This document shows, piece by piece, positions 1-11,272 of a DNA stretch of 64,000 nt. Location of the stretch: positions 8,909 through 72,908 of the forward strand of contig CALSCP010000425.1 of assembly GCA_943704425.1 (NCBI GenBank), read 5' to 3'. Made by a program: the position numbers and the translations under genes. Position 1 is the stretch's first letter. Each line of letters starts with the position of its first letter. The stretch comes from Ministeria vibrans ATCC 50519. Its lineage: Eukaryota > Protista > Filasterea. The notes beneath the pieces were generated by a model. The model made no database searches, was not told the DNA's origin, and was given only the letters and a program-made list of their open reading frames with translations.

Positions 1-122
1 GTTCGGTGCAAAAGCGGGGAGCCTCCTCTCGTGGGTTACCAAGTACACAAGGTTATATGAACTTGAGCGTCGGCGTTTTTTTTTTTTCACAAAACAGACA
101 GTGATATTTTTTTTTGGAAAAA

Positions 123-278
123 GACGCTCTGTGCTAGTGACGCCACGAACCACTTATTCAGGGGCAAAACTAATGTTAACGGGCATGGTACAAGTGGTTG
201 AAGGGGAAGACGCAAAGAAGGAGCACGAGCGAAGGCTACGACAAGCGATGGAAAAGCCTTTTGCGGTTACAGAGCATC
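123..278 (-). ncRNA. Candidate structured small RNA (unidentified), ~156 nt
   Basis: On the minus strand the ends pair over 10 bp (GAUGCUCUGU/ACAGAGCGUC, one U-G wobble that would be a C-A mismatch on plus). They enclose two arms (GCAAA-AGGCU..AGCCU..UUUGC and AACCACUU..AAGUGGUU) and are followed directly by UUUUU. Confidence 0.45.
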
Positions 279-307
279 AAACAACGACTTCAAAAGAGGA
301 TGTTTCA

Positions 308-421
308 TGCCACCGCAAAGACCACGCTTGGCAGCACGGTGCACACAAGGCCGAACTCATAGACGCATCACGTTTGGCAGCAGCAGAAAACGAGGGTGGT
401 GGTGCAAGAAAGTTTTTTTTT
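308..421 (+). ncRNA. Candidate structured small RNA ending in a T9 run
   Basis: The ends pair (UGCCACC/GGUGGUG, with wobbles), there is an internal UUGGC/GCCGA stem, and a T-run follows at 413-421. It is a GC-richer island with no credible CDS. Confidence 0.3.
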
Positions 422-424
422 CTT

Positions 425-524
425 CTTTCATCGCCACTCTTTGCGGCGCCTCCTTGAAATTGTGGAGGCATGAACGGGATTCCTGCATACCTCTGGTACA
501 ATGGTCGCACGGATTTGATGAGGG
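425..524 (+). ncRNA. Candidate multi-way-junction small RNA
   Basis: Nested helices CUUUCAUC/GAUGAGGG and UGCGGC/GUCGCA, plus hairpin GCCUCC-loop-GGAGGC. Contains an A-box-like TGGTACAATGG at 494-504. Confidence 0.35.
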
Positions 525-818
525 GCAAGGAAAAGATGGAAAAGAATATTGTTTTGACTTTTGATTTCCGTTTGAACTTTGAATAATAAAATCAGCGACA
601 GGAGTTTTTATTTGTGACTTGCGTTTCGTATTTTTTAAAAGACGCGTCTTTTCTTCTTCCTACAAATTAGATTATTATAATTGGGTTATTCTTCTTATAA
701 ACCGTCTACTTCACTAATTATTAAGAAAGCTAATAATTACTACTATAGGTATCCTTGAATTTTGTCGTTAAATGAAAGTAGTATAGTACATTGATAATAT
801 TTTTATCATCTTCCCCTC

Positions 819-823
<5 letters not shown>

Positions 824-883
<60 letters not shown>
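824..883. repeat. (CT)n microsatellite, probably intronic
   Basis: Perfect dinucleotide run upstream of the AG acceptor at 978-979. Confidence 0.95.
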
Positions 884-887
<4 letters not shown>

Positions 888-979
888 CTTTTTCATTTAC
901 TCACTCTCACACTCTCTCTCTGTTTCTCTCTCTCCGCCTTTCCGCGCTCTCCTGCCTCCCCTCCCTTCCCCCCGCTCAG

Positions 980-3900
980 ATCCAATCACACCTTGTCCCC
1001 GTCGACAGCCTCCCGCGTGCGCTGTGGCCGCACAACGCGACGCGCGCCGACTTTGTGCGTGAGACTTGCTCGCACTTGGAAGGTGTCGAGCAACTGCCCA
1101 TCTGCCACGATCCAAACCAGTTCCTGCGCACCTACTCCGCCGTCATGAGGCGCGCCGGCACGCCCGACGTCTCCCCGTTTGTCGTGCAGCTGCTTGTGTC
1201 CAATCTCATGCGAAAGGCCCATCTACGTCTCGACTTGCCAGTGCGGCGCAAGCTCGCCATGCTCGTGCACTTGACGACGCTGCAGAGCCCCCTGCCCCAC
1301 ACGTCCGGCTTGTACACGAGTATACTCAGCATTTTTGCCGAAGACCCCAAGTTCATGGATGTGGACGCGTACCTAGAGCTGGTGAGTCTCTTTGCCGTGC
1401 CTCATCGCGGTCCGGCGCTTCTCACCCTGTTCCAGTGCGTCGAGCGTAGTCCGCGCGCCACCGTCGACACCGCCCACAGCGTTCTCAATGTCTTCCCGGA
1501 CGCCTTTGACCCGGTCGTTGCCTCGGCATTCGTCAAAACGGTGGGCGCCAAGACACGTCAGACAATGCACGGCACCTTCACAACCCAACTCAAACTCGAC
1601 ATCCTCCACTCCATGGTCGACGCCATCCGCTACCTCGAAACCCATCCGACCTTTCAACACACCCAAACAGCACTTGACTGGCTCCACATTCTCAATACGG
1701 GCCACCGCATTCGCGCCAACGCCGACGCTGTCCACCTCCTCAACCAGCACGGTCTCACACAGGGCCTTGAACTCAACCCCCGCCTTGCCAGCGTTGCCCT
1801 TCTTGCCTGCTCCATCCAACTCACAAACAACAAATTCACCCATGACTCTCTCTCCCGCTCTGACTTTGTCCGCCTCCGCCAGTTCTTCGCAGACTATCTT
1901 TCCAGCGTAAACGAACCACTGCCGTCGGAAGACCCGCTCAGCGAGAGCTACCGTCCCAATCAACCCCAACATCAACCCCAACAACATCAACATCGTCGGT
2001 ACCCGGCTCCTTATCCCTTAAACAACAACAGCACCAACAACAACACCACCACCACCACCCACAGCACTCTGTCGCTTGCTCCAACAACAATCTCTCCGCC
2101 ACAGCGAGATCCCATCTTGGTCCTCCGTGACTGTCTGCGCAATCTTCCCGCATCCGGAAAGGAACTCTTCTCCGTCTCCACCGTTTCTCGTGCACTCACC
2201 CCTTTCCTCACTGAATGCATCTACAACCACGACCCCGAAAGTTTTTTTGACGCACATGCTATCCATCGCTATCTCATCATGGCCTCACGCAAACGCCACT
2301 CTCCCTATCCTGCCGCTGTCATTCTCTCCGCTGTCATGACCGCCCAACCGCAATTCATCCCTCTTGTCGAATCCACATCCGATCTCTTTGGTGCCCAACA
2401 CGCCTACTACACCCCACGTGAGTGGCTGAGTGCCCTCCATGACTGCGACTTTAAAATCCTCTGGGAAGGACGCGCCGCCCGTCGTCTCTGGTTCATGCAC
2501 GCTATCAACCTTCAACTTCGTCGCTACGACGTCTCCTCGCTCACCCGCTCTGTGCCTCTCTTCACCTTCATGGATCGCCACTGTCTCATCCCAACCTCCT
2601 CCGACGAATACCGTTCAGCTGCCACCGAATGTGAACAATCCAATGGCTCTGATCCCTTTCAGGCAATTGCACTCCATCCGGACACCCTCGAGTCGTTTGC
2701 CGAGCTCACGCTGCGCACGGGCGACCTCACTCGTGCTCAGTCCTTTGTCTCCCTCATCCACAACTTTTATCTGCCCACCATCACTCCTGCCCTCGCCCGT
2801 CTCACTCACCTTCTCCATCTCACCTCAGACCCCACCACTTTAGTCGAGGCGCTCGTCAACAGTGCGCCCCACCACCCCGACAACATCATTGCTCTCCCGT
2901 CCGTCTTCCCGTACCTTCTTCGTCGCGCCCACTTTGCCAAGAAGTCCGAAAGCGCCCTTGACGACACCCTCGTGGGCTTTGCCTACGCCCGTCACTACGG
3001 CCTCCCCGGCTACGACCTCTACCGGCGTGTCATCCGTCTCCTCCCGGGCTTCCGCGTGCGTCTCTCCTCACAGGCCCTCGCCGAGTTTATCTACGCCACT
3101 CCGCACGCCACGCCGCTTCTTGAGCAACAGACCCACTTTCCCTTTGACATGTTCGACGACGTCAAACAGCTTTCGGACAAGGGCTTGCCGGCTCTCGTGG
3201 CACTTCTTGTGCGCGGCCAAGTGACCCTCTTCCAGCAGATGGCGTCGCGTCTCACCCAACTGCGTCGTTTCCCTCTCGCCCTCGAGCTTATCGACGCGGC
3301 AAGCCCCTCTGGGCCATCGCCTTTGGTTGTCGCGACCATTCACGATGTTCTCTTGCCCTCCTACGCTCAGACAGGCGACACACAGACCGTCTCCACCATT
3401 GTCCAAGCGAGCCTCACCGTCCTCGACGAACCCCCTCTCTCCATCTACGCCTCCGGCATTGACGCTCTCCTGCGCCACGACCATCTCACTGCCGCTCTTG
3501 AACTCTTCCGCTCGGCCGAGCAACACGCAACAGAGCACCCATCCCTCTTTGAGGCCATGCCCAAATTTGACGTGTCCCTGCGTGATCGTTTTGTGCGTGC
3601 CTGTCTGGAACACACCCAACCTGAGACCACCCTTATCTCGACTACTAGTAGCAATAGTGGTGTTGGTACTAGTCCAATTCCTTCCTCTTCCTCGTCGCCT
3701 GACGATGCCCTTCACGTCATTGACTCCCCTCTGAGTCCGCTTCTCCCGTCCTCTTCCGACTGTGATCCAGACGATATCTCCCTTGGCGCTCTCTACTCCG
3801 ATGTACTTTACTTGGGGCTGCGCAATCTCCGGCACCGCACCCTCCCCTCCACATCACACGCCGAGTCTACCCTCGCCCGCTTTAAGGCCTACCTCGACGC

Positions 3901-5509
3901 CACTCTGCTCCTCGAAGAGTCCTCGCGTGCCCACGCATCCATGCGCGCCGACATGCACACTGCAGCCTTCTTTACTGTTGCCTTCATCCATCACTACCCT
4001 TCCCTCATGGCCGAGTTTGCCCCGCTCCTCTCCTCCCTCTCCCCCTCCTCCCCCTCTCCTCTTCCTTCTTCTTCTCTCCTCTTTGACCCATCCGCAGTCT
4101 CTCAAATGGACCTGGCTACTCTTCTTTCCGCCCTCAACGCCTTCTTTCATACCCCCCTTCCCCCCTGGCTCGCCGAAACGGTTCTGCTCAGCTCCCTCCG
4201 CAACATCCGCTCTGCCACCGCCTCCAACACGCGCATCAACGCCTTCCCCTTTCCAATCCACTCTGCACTGGTCCAGCGCCTCCTCCAAGAATGGCCCTCC
4301 TATCGTCCCACCAGCCGTCTGCTCGTTCCCCTTGCCTTCCTCCACATCGACGACCCCGCTCTCATCAAGTCCGCTCTTCCCCGTCGCCCTCCCACCGTCT
4401 TCTTCGATGCCATCCTTGACCCTTCCCCATCCATCACCCCTCCTCCCGTCCACGAACTTCGGCAGAACCACCTCACACGCCTTATCGATTCCCTTGCCTC
4501 CTTCAACCCCTCCATCATCGCCCCTTTTGCCCTTCCTTGGTCCTCCTTTGCCCCCACCTCCGACCTTCGCAACAACGCCCACCTCCGCACCGCCTTCCGC
4601 TCCCACAACCTCCTCCGCTCTGCCACCATTGCCCTGCGCACCGCACGCACCATCGACGCCGCCTTCTACGACACTCTCTACGACGTCCCCGCTGAGACTG
4701 CCGCCCCTCTACTTAACGTTGCACTTACTGACCTTCTCAATCGCCATCTCTCTCGTTCCCCTTCCAAACAACAAGAACAAGAACAAGAACAACAAAAAGG
4801 AGAACAACCCGTCGAGAAGAAGAAGAAGAAGAAGAAGAAGAAGAACACCAACAACAACAATGACAGCAACAACCGTGCGTCGCCAACCACCACCTACCTT
4901 GAGCTGCTCTCCCTCGCCCTCACCACACACGGCGTTGTTCCCTCCGAAGCTCAGCTTACGGGCCTTTGCCGTCTCGCCGTCTCTTATCCTCCCGACCAAC
5001 CCTCCGACCTCCTGCGCTTCCTCCAACACCAGTTCCACTTCTACCACCTTGCCACGCTTCCGCGCATTGTGTCTCCCGCCCTCACCGACAACCCTCTTCT
5101 CAAACCCGACCTCGCCCTCGACCTCTACCGCATCGTTGGCATCTTCCCTTCCTCTCGCTTCCTTCCTCTCCCCAAACCCCCCACCTACTCTGTGACCCAA
5201 CTCCGCTCCCTCGTCGACGACCCATCGCTTCTCTACGACACGCGCCGTGGCCTTGCCGACTCCCTTGACGTCCCTTTCCCCGAGCTCCCGCTCCCTCCCA
5301 TGCCACAGCTCCGCGAAGCCCCCGATTACATGGAGGAGTACCGCGCTGCTCGCGCTCGCGCCAATCCCCAGCTGCACGAGCGCCTGGCCGTCCGAGAACG
5401 CCGTCAAAGCCCCCAAAATGTTCTCAACGACGAATACTATCGCCAAGACAACAGTGAGCATCAGCGCCCCAAACGTCGTCGACGCAGTGAGGAAGATCTG
5501 TTATTTTGA
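980..5509 (+). CDS. Large (~1,510 aa) alpha-helical protein with degenerate PPR-like motifs; first exon uncertain
   Basis: A 4.5-kb open frame starts at the acceptor CTCAG|ATC. It has PPR-like segments such as PPLSIYASGIDALLRHDHLTAALELFRSAE. A possible micro first exon is ATG AAA|GT at 772-777. Confidence 0.6.
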   Translation: MQSHLVPVDSLPRALWPHNATRADFVRETCSHLEGVEQLPICHDPNQFLRTYSAVMRRAGTPDVSPFVVQLLVSNLMRKAHLRLDLPVRRKLAMLVHLTTLQSPLPHTSGLYTSILSIFAEDPKFMDVDAYLELVSLFAVPHRGPALLTLFQCVERSPRATVDTAHSVLNVFPDAFDPVVASAFVKTVGAKTRQTMHGTFTTQLKLDILHSMVDAIRYLETHPTFQHTQTALDWLHILNTGHRIRANADAVHLLNQHGLTQGLELNPRLASVALLACSIQLTNNKFTHDSLSRSDFVRLRQFFADYLSSVNEPLPSEDPLSESYRPNQPQHQPQQHQHRRYPAPYPLNNNSTNNNTTTTTHSTLSLAPTTISPPQRDPILVLRDCLRNLPASGKELFSVSTVSRALTPFLTECIYNHDPESFFDAHAIHRYLIMASRKRHSPYPAAVILSAVMTAQPQFIPLVESTSDLFGAQHAYYTPREWLSALHDCDFKILWEGRAARRLWFMHAINLQLRRYDVSSLTRSVPLFTFMDRHCLIPTSSDEYRSAATECEQSNGSDPFQAIALHPDTLESFAELTLRTGDLTRAQSFVSLIHNFYLPTITPALARLTHLLHLTSDPTTLVEALVNSAPHHPDNIIALPSVFPYLLRRAHFAKKSESALDDTLVGFAYARHYGLPGYDLYRRVIRLLPGFRVRLSSQALAEFIYATPHATPLLEQQTHFPFDMFDDVKQLSDKGLPALVALLVRGQVTLFQQMASRLTQLRRFPLALELIDAASPSGPSPLVVATIHDVLLPSYAQTGDTQTVSTIVQASLTVLDEPPLSIYASGIDALLRHDHLTAALELFRSAEQHATEHPSLFEAMPKFDVSLRDRFVRACLEHTQPETTLISTTSSNSGVGTSPIPSSSSSPDDALHVIDSPLSPLLPSSSDCDPDDISLGALYSDVLYLGLRNLRHRTLPSTSHAESTLARFKAYLDATLLLEESSRAHASMRADMHTAAFFTVAFIHHYPSLMAEFAPLLSSLSPSSPSPLPSSSLLFDPSAVSQMDLATLLSALNAFFHTPLPPWLAETVLLSSLRNIRSATASNTRINAFPFPIHSALVQRLLQEWPSYRPTSRLLVPLAFLHIDDPALIKSALPRRPPTVFFDAILDPSPSITPPPVHELRQNHLTRLIDSLASFNPSIIAPFALPWSSFAPTSDLRNNAHLRTAFRSHNLLRSATIALRTARTIDAAFYDTLYDVPAETAAPLLNVALTDLLNRHLSRSPSKQQEQEQEQQKGEQPVEKKKKKKKKKNTNNNNDSNNRASPTTTYLELLSLALTTHGVVPSEAQLTGLCRLAVSYPPDQPSDLLRFLQHQFHFYHLATLPRIVSPALTDNPLLKPDLALDLYRIVGIFPSSRFLPLPKPPTYSVTQLRSLVDDPSLLYDTRRGLADSLDVPFPELPLPPMPQLREAPDYMEEYRAARARANPQLHERLAVRERRQSPQNVLNDEYYRQDNSEHQRPKRRRRSEEDLLF

Positions 5510-5749
5510 TGTACATTAACAATTACAATGCAAGTGCAATGTCACAATACAATATTTGGAAGGGTGTCTTCTCGAGCGTTCACTGCGAGACTGGAGTTGA
5601 GTCCTTCGCGTATCACTTTGGGTGATAAGCAAGTGATTCAGTGTTTAGTGAAAATAATCATAATAATAAAATTCGTATTGATTGATATGTGATTATGTGA
5701 ATTGATTGAATAAATTTTATTTTACAGTTTTATTTTCTTTTGACTTACT

Positions 5750-7596
5750 ATGGCCACTGTCTGCGTCACGGCTGCCGGAGGGTTTGTTGGAAGCCACATT
5801 TGCAAACAGCTGCTTGAAAAAGTTTGAGAAGAGGAAAAATCTATATTGTCACAGTCTCAAACTTTAACTTTGTGGTTTAGGGCTACCGCGTGCGAGGAAC
5901 CGTGCGCGACGCATCCAATACGGAGAAAAATGGCTTTTTGACCAAGATGGTGCCGGATGCCAAGGTATTCAGAGTCGCATTGTGGCAATGGCACTCACTG
6001 AATCATTTTGCACAGTTTCCGATCGAACTGTTTTCGGCCGATCTGGAGAAAGAGGGCTCGTTTGACGACGCCATTGACGGATGTGAATGTGTCATTCACA
6101 CCGCGTCTGTGGTCAAGCTCACAGCGCCCGACCCTCAGAAAGAAGTATTGTTTTTTTGGCACTTTTGCGGTTTAGTCACTCACTCTTTGACTGCTAATTA
6201 GATCATTGATCCGTCGCTGAACGGGCTGAAGAACGTCCTGCGGTCCTGCCACAAAGCATCGAGTGCAGGCACACTCAAACGATACGTCCAAACCTCCAGC
6301 ATTGCGGCTGTCATGGATGTTGAACGCCCACAGGTGACCCAACACACACACACACACACACACACACTGACACAGAGAGAAGAGATACGCACACACACAC
6401 ATATACACCCATACACATTCAGACACACACTGACTGCCCTTGTATTGTGTGTCAAACAAAAAAACGTCTTTGTGGTGTAGGATCATATTTACACAGAAGA
6501 CGACTGGAATGAGTCTGTCACACTCGCAACAGAGTAACTTTTACACATCAAACAAAACGTCATGGACAAGACGGAATGACGAGTTTTTTTTTTTGTTTTG
6601 TTTTGTTTTGTTTTCACGTAGACCGTACAGTCTGTCGAAAGTGCTGACGGAACGCGAAGCAAATGCGTTTGTCGCGGCACTGCCCGCCTCAGAGCGGTTT
6701 GCCGTTGCGTTTATCAATCCTGGTGCCATCTACGGGCCCGTTCTGAACCGCTCTCATATGCAGTCGAGTCCGCAAATCATTTACGATTTAATGACCGGTA
6801 CAGGCGAAAAAACAATGCATACTAATCGACAGTTAGAAACGACAGTGGAATAGACTCCTGTTATCATTGGTCTCATCAATGTATTTGCATTCCGTCGCGC
6901 CTTTCTTCAATCACTTGTCTCTCTCACTCACTCACTTTCTCGTATTTTCTTTCTTTCTTTCTTCGCGATTTCTTTTACAGGAGCGTTTCCGTTGTGTCCC
7001 AACTTTGGCTTTGCAGTGGTGGATGTGCGTGACGTAGCAAAAGCTCACATTTTGGTATCAAAAATTGTGTTCTCGTGTCGTTTGAATATTTGAGTTGACC
7101 ATTCAGAAATGGTGTTTGTGTGTGCGCGATGATTTTTAGGCAATGGAAAACGAGTCGATTGAGGGTCGGTTTATCTGCGTGTCAGACACACTTTGGCTCA
7201 AAGAACTTTCCGCTCTTATGAAAAAGGAATTTCCCCGTAAGAATCAATTTCTTTACTTTTGTTTTTTGCTTAAAGTGCTTCGGTTGATTGTTATAAACTT
7301 ATTTTTTCGTTGTGAATCAATAAGATCTTTTTTTTTCTTCATCTTGTTTTGGCTGTGTAGAGTACTCATTTCCGACGCGCGGACTTCCGAATTTCCTTAT
7401 GTATTGTGCGGCTGTGTTTGACAAGCGAGTCAATTTCCCGTTTTTGCGACGCAATTTGGGGTTTTTCCGGAAATGCGCAAACGACAAAATCCGATCAAGT
7501 CTCCAAATGGAGTTTGTGCCGGTTCGAGATATGCTGCGCGACACGTGCTTGAGCTTTTTGGAGCTGGAGATTGTTCCGGATAAGCGCAAGAAGTGA
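5750..7596 (+). CDS. NAD(P)-dependent epimerase/dehydratase, extended SDR (DFR/cinnamoyl-CoA-reductase-like), multi-exon
   Basis: MATVCVTAAGGFVGSHI Rossmann motif, GYRVRGTVRD, VIHTAS, TSSIAAV, catalytic YxxxK (PYSLSK), INPGAIYGP and VDVRDVAKAH, joined across GT-AG introns. Confidence 0.9.
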
Positions 7597-7864
7597 AAAG
7601 AACATTAATAAATTAATATTATTTTTTATTATATTAGCGTAATTTTGTTGTTCTCATCGATTAAGCGACATTACGATAACAACAAGAAGAGAGACTACGA
7701 AGCGAAAAAAGAATAATAGTCATACGTCTTATTATATCTTTTTTCTTGTCCTTTCAACACTCAAGTTTTGTCCCTCTCTGCCACTCTCTCGCTCGCTTCC
7801 TCTCATATGGCGCACAAAGTCAATCGAGATAATATAATGAAGTGAAAAGTTTACTACTTATGCC

Positions 7865-9599
7865 TTACAAATGGATTACGTCTGGGAATTGAGAATCGAA
7901 AGTGACCAGTTGATCGTCGGTGAAATGTTGGTTTTTGGTGATGGACAGTTGGAAGGAGGGACGATGAGTGATTTCGAGAAAGGACGAGAGAGTTTGAAGA
8001 ATGGAGTGAGTGAGAAAGGGACACAAACGAAGATCGAGTGAGCACAAATGGGGTAAGGAAGGAACTGTGGCGGAGAGAAGAGAAGCGTGACGAGTGGGAG
8101 TGGTGGCGATGGAGGAGACGGCGGAGGTTGCAAGGGGCGTTGACTGAGACGAATGATCAGTCGGTGGAGTACGGGACTGGTCATGAGTAAGATTCGACGC
8201 TGACTCGATTGTTGTTCGAGACGGTGGTTGTTGTGGCTGTTGTTGGTTGAGAAGGAGAATGGTTACACCTTCATCGGTGAGTGCGGTTGCACTGAGATTG
8301 AGATGAGTGAGTTGAGGGCAGTGATGCGCTATTGCGGTGGTGAGGTCCAGGATGGAAGTGGTGCATTTCTGAATGGTGAGGTGGGTGAGGTGGGTGCCTA
8401 TGGAGGCGATAAGACGCACAAGAGCTGCAGGATCGATGCGTGAGGCGGTGAGTGCAAGTCGAGTCAGCGTCTGGCGTGTATGGTTGCTCAGGTGATCAAT
8501 GCTCTGTGCCGTGAGTCGGTTGCAGCCCGTGAGGCTCAACTGTGTGATGTGGGGACAGCCATTGAGAATGCTGATGAGTCCCGCGTCTGCCAGACGACTC
8601 GTGTGGATGGTCAGGAGCTGGAGGTGCACACACGCTGAGGCAATGGTCTCGCAGAAGGGCACGTCCATGTCGGCAATATCGGCGAGGCTGAGGTTGCACA
8701 GGCGGGGCGAGTGCCACAGCACGGCAGCCAGCGCACGCACGGGCACTCCGGCGCACTCGTGGACCGTCAGCGCGTCGAGTTGTCGCAGGCGCTGCACAAA
8801 CCGCCCAGTCACATTCTTACAGCACCACAGTCCCACATCAGTCACTTTCGAGCATCGCTCTGCCAGCATCCGCATTGTGGCATCCGTCACGTTGCTGCAT
8901 GTCCCTCCTCCAATATGGAACTGCTCCAGCGAACCGCACGCACTGCATTTTTTGAGCAAAATGTATTAAGTAAGAAAAAGTTAGACCGTGAAAAAAAAAA
9001 CACATAGTATGAAAAAATGAAATCGGTACGGCATCGCGTTGAGCGAGTGGCGCCATTGCATATATTGGTATAAGGGGGTTAGTTTGCGCGGACGGGATCT
9101 GGGATGTTTTGACAGTGAATGAAACACACTCGATAGAAAAAAAAAAAATCTTCTTGTTTACCTTTTCAGTAGAGCTGAAACCCCTAAATCGCCAGTACGG
9201 AGACAATCCATCAAGGAAATGGCGCAGAGACGACGGGCACGGGATTTGCGTAGGGATGCGGCCAGAGAGAGCAGCGCAAGGTCGCTGAGAGCGCGAGAAC
9301 GCACTCGAATTTCTATTGCGGACACACAACAAAAATGCCAATTTTGAGCGACAAGACATTTCACTGGAGCGTTTGTTTTTGCAACCAAGTAGATGAACAC
9401 CGGCAAGGGAGGCCCACTGGGCAAAATGTGCGTCGCTCAGCTGCGGTTTGAAGCCGTAGCCGGCGACAAGGCGTTTCCAGTGCCGTCCGTCGCGCGCCAG
9501 CCAGTACCAGCGCCGCGACACGCGCAGACACTGCGCCAGTGTGCGCACGTCCAGATGATCAAAGATCAGCGTCAGTAGTTCGGCAGAGAGTCGCTCCAT
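7865..9599 (-). CDS. F-box/LRR protein (FBXL-like), about 3 exons
   Basis: N-terminal F-box (LSAELLTLIFDHLDVRTLAQCLRVSRRW) followed by cysteine-containing LRRs (CPHITQLSLTGCNRLT, CPQLTHLNLS). Confidence 0.85.
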
Positions 9600-10221
9600 T
9601 CCGCCTCCATTAAAAAAAGTAATAATTAATAATAATAATTATTACTACTCGTCGTGATTATTATAATAATTATAAGTAAATATGACATGTTTTGCTATGA
9701 AAATGGATTGAAAATGCGAATGTAGTGACTCCACACAATTCCGTCGTGGGTCACACAGCTGACAGCCGAGATGCTTTCAAATTTCAATGGCGCTGCGGAA
9801 CTAAGGGTTTAGAGACAATTACGGTGGGGGGTTTTAAGCTGTGGGTGAGAAATGTTATGTGTGTGAATGTTTTTACGCATAAGATAAACAAAAGTTTGAA
9901 TTTATGTATTGATTATGAGTATGAGTATATATGTGGGAGCATACGAGCAGTCGACTTGACAATACACACTCACACAGACACACACACACTATATATATAA
10001 TTTATATATATTTATATGCACACGCCACACACATACGCATAAAAATAACAATATAAATATAATATTATTATAAATAATCACTATTATTTCTCTTTCGATA
10101 CACAAAATAGCTTCACAAGAAAAGTAAAAGTCTTGAACTGTGTTTACTGGGAGAAGTTGGGGGATTGTTACACGGGATTTCTTTTAATTGAAAGGTGTTG
10201 AGGACAAGAAGAGTAGAGTCT

Positions 10222-11272
10222 CTACGAATCAGACACGGCCGAGAAGGACGACGATGACTCTTTGCGAAGCCACTTTTGCCAGAGCGAAATGGCAATGCAG
10301 GCGCCGTAGAGAGCCGCCGCAATGAAGCAGTTGGTGGCAGATTCGTCGGCGTTCTAAGAATTGTTGAAGTGATGTGAAAGAGTGAGTCAGCCAATAAACG
10401 ACGATGAAATAATCACATCAACAAAAATACACAAACATGTAAACATGCCAAGTCAATACATCTCTCTCCCTCTCATTCGCTTGATCCGTCTCACTCGCCC
10501 TCGGCGTCTCGTGCTCAGACCCAAATGATTATATATTATTCTCATAGTTCGATTGGACAACAAAACATAAAGAAGAAGATACGCCACAAGGTTCACAATA
10601 GCACCCACTACGCTACAAACGACAGACTAAGCCCCCATGCGGGGCATCCCACCCACAGACAAAGCCAATAACGTAACCAGTGGTGAAAACCAAATGTCTT
10701 CTCTCGTTCTCTCGTTCTCCATCAACACAGACAGGATGAACCCACACACGCCACGACACACATCAAGCGCCCCCGCCGCCGCCCCCAGACAGCGTGTGGG
10801 CGTCCGGACGGCCTTGAGCGGTGCGCGACACCGAAAAAGAAGAATATCATCCGGATGACAGCCCCAAGACACGCACGCCGACCGTCCACGCCGTGCAGCA
10901 ACCCACCGACCACCCCCACGTAGATTCCACAGCAAGCATTGGCCCCCACGCAAAATTGTGAGAATTTTGCGTTTTTTTTTTTTTTTTTCTATGTCTCTCT
11001 CTCTCTCTTTCGCATTTTTCGCTCTCTTCCTCTGCCTCTCGCGGACCATTTCCTTCTCAATCGTGTACCTTGGTGTCCTCCAAGAGTCCCAGCGAGTTGA
11101 CCTTGAACAGAATCCCGAGAACAAGCTGGAGGAAAGGGCAAAAGGCAAAATGGATGTCAGAGAGCGCAATCGAGGGCAAAAGGCAACGTACAAGCATCAC
11201 AACACCCCACGTGCTCAGTACTAAGCAGCAGGAAGAGCATTTCGGGCCGCAGAAGCGGATAGAGAGCTTCAT
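10222..11272 (-). CDS. RNASEK: Ribonuclease kappa / V-ATPase subunit f, 3 exons
   Basis: The spliced product MKLSIRFCGPKCSSCCLVLSTWGVVML|LVLGILFKVNSLGLLEDTK|NADESATNCFIAAALYG... carries the RNASEK CGPK..LS.WG and NCFIAA.LY motifs. Confidence 0.88.

Noticed and set aside
345-365. CCGAACTCA resembles bacterial 5S rRNA loop C
   Set aside because: The flanking 5S helices cannot be formed.
749-758. GTATCCTTG resembles a U12-type donor
   Set aside because: No upstream coding exon and no TCCTTAAC-type branch site near a downstream acceptor.
10615-10700. GGUUAC and GGGGCUUAGU in the RNASEK intron resemble RNase MRP CR-IV/CR-V
   Set aside because: No upstream GAAAGUCCCC (CR-I) to form P4, and the G-run pairs locally.
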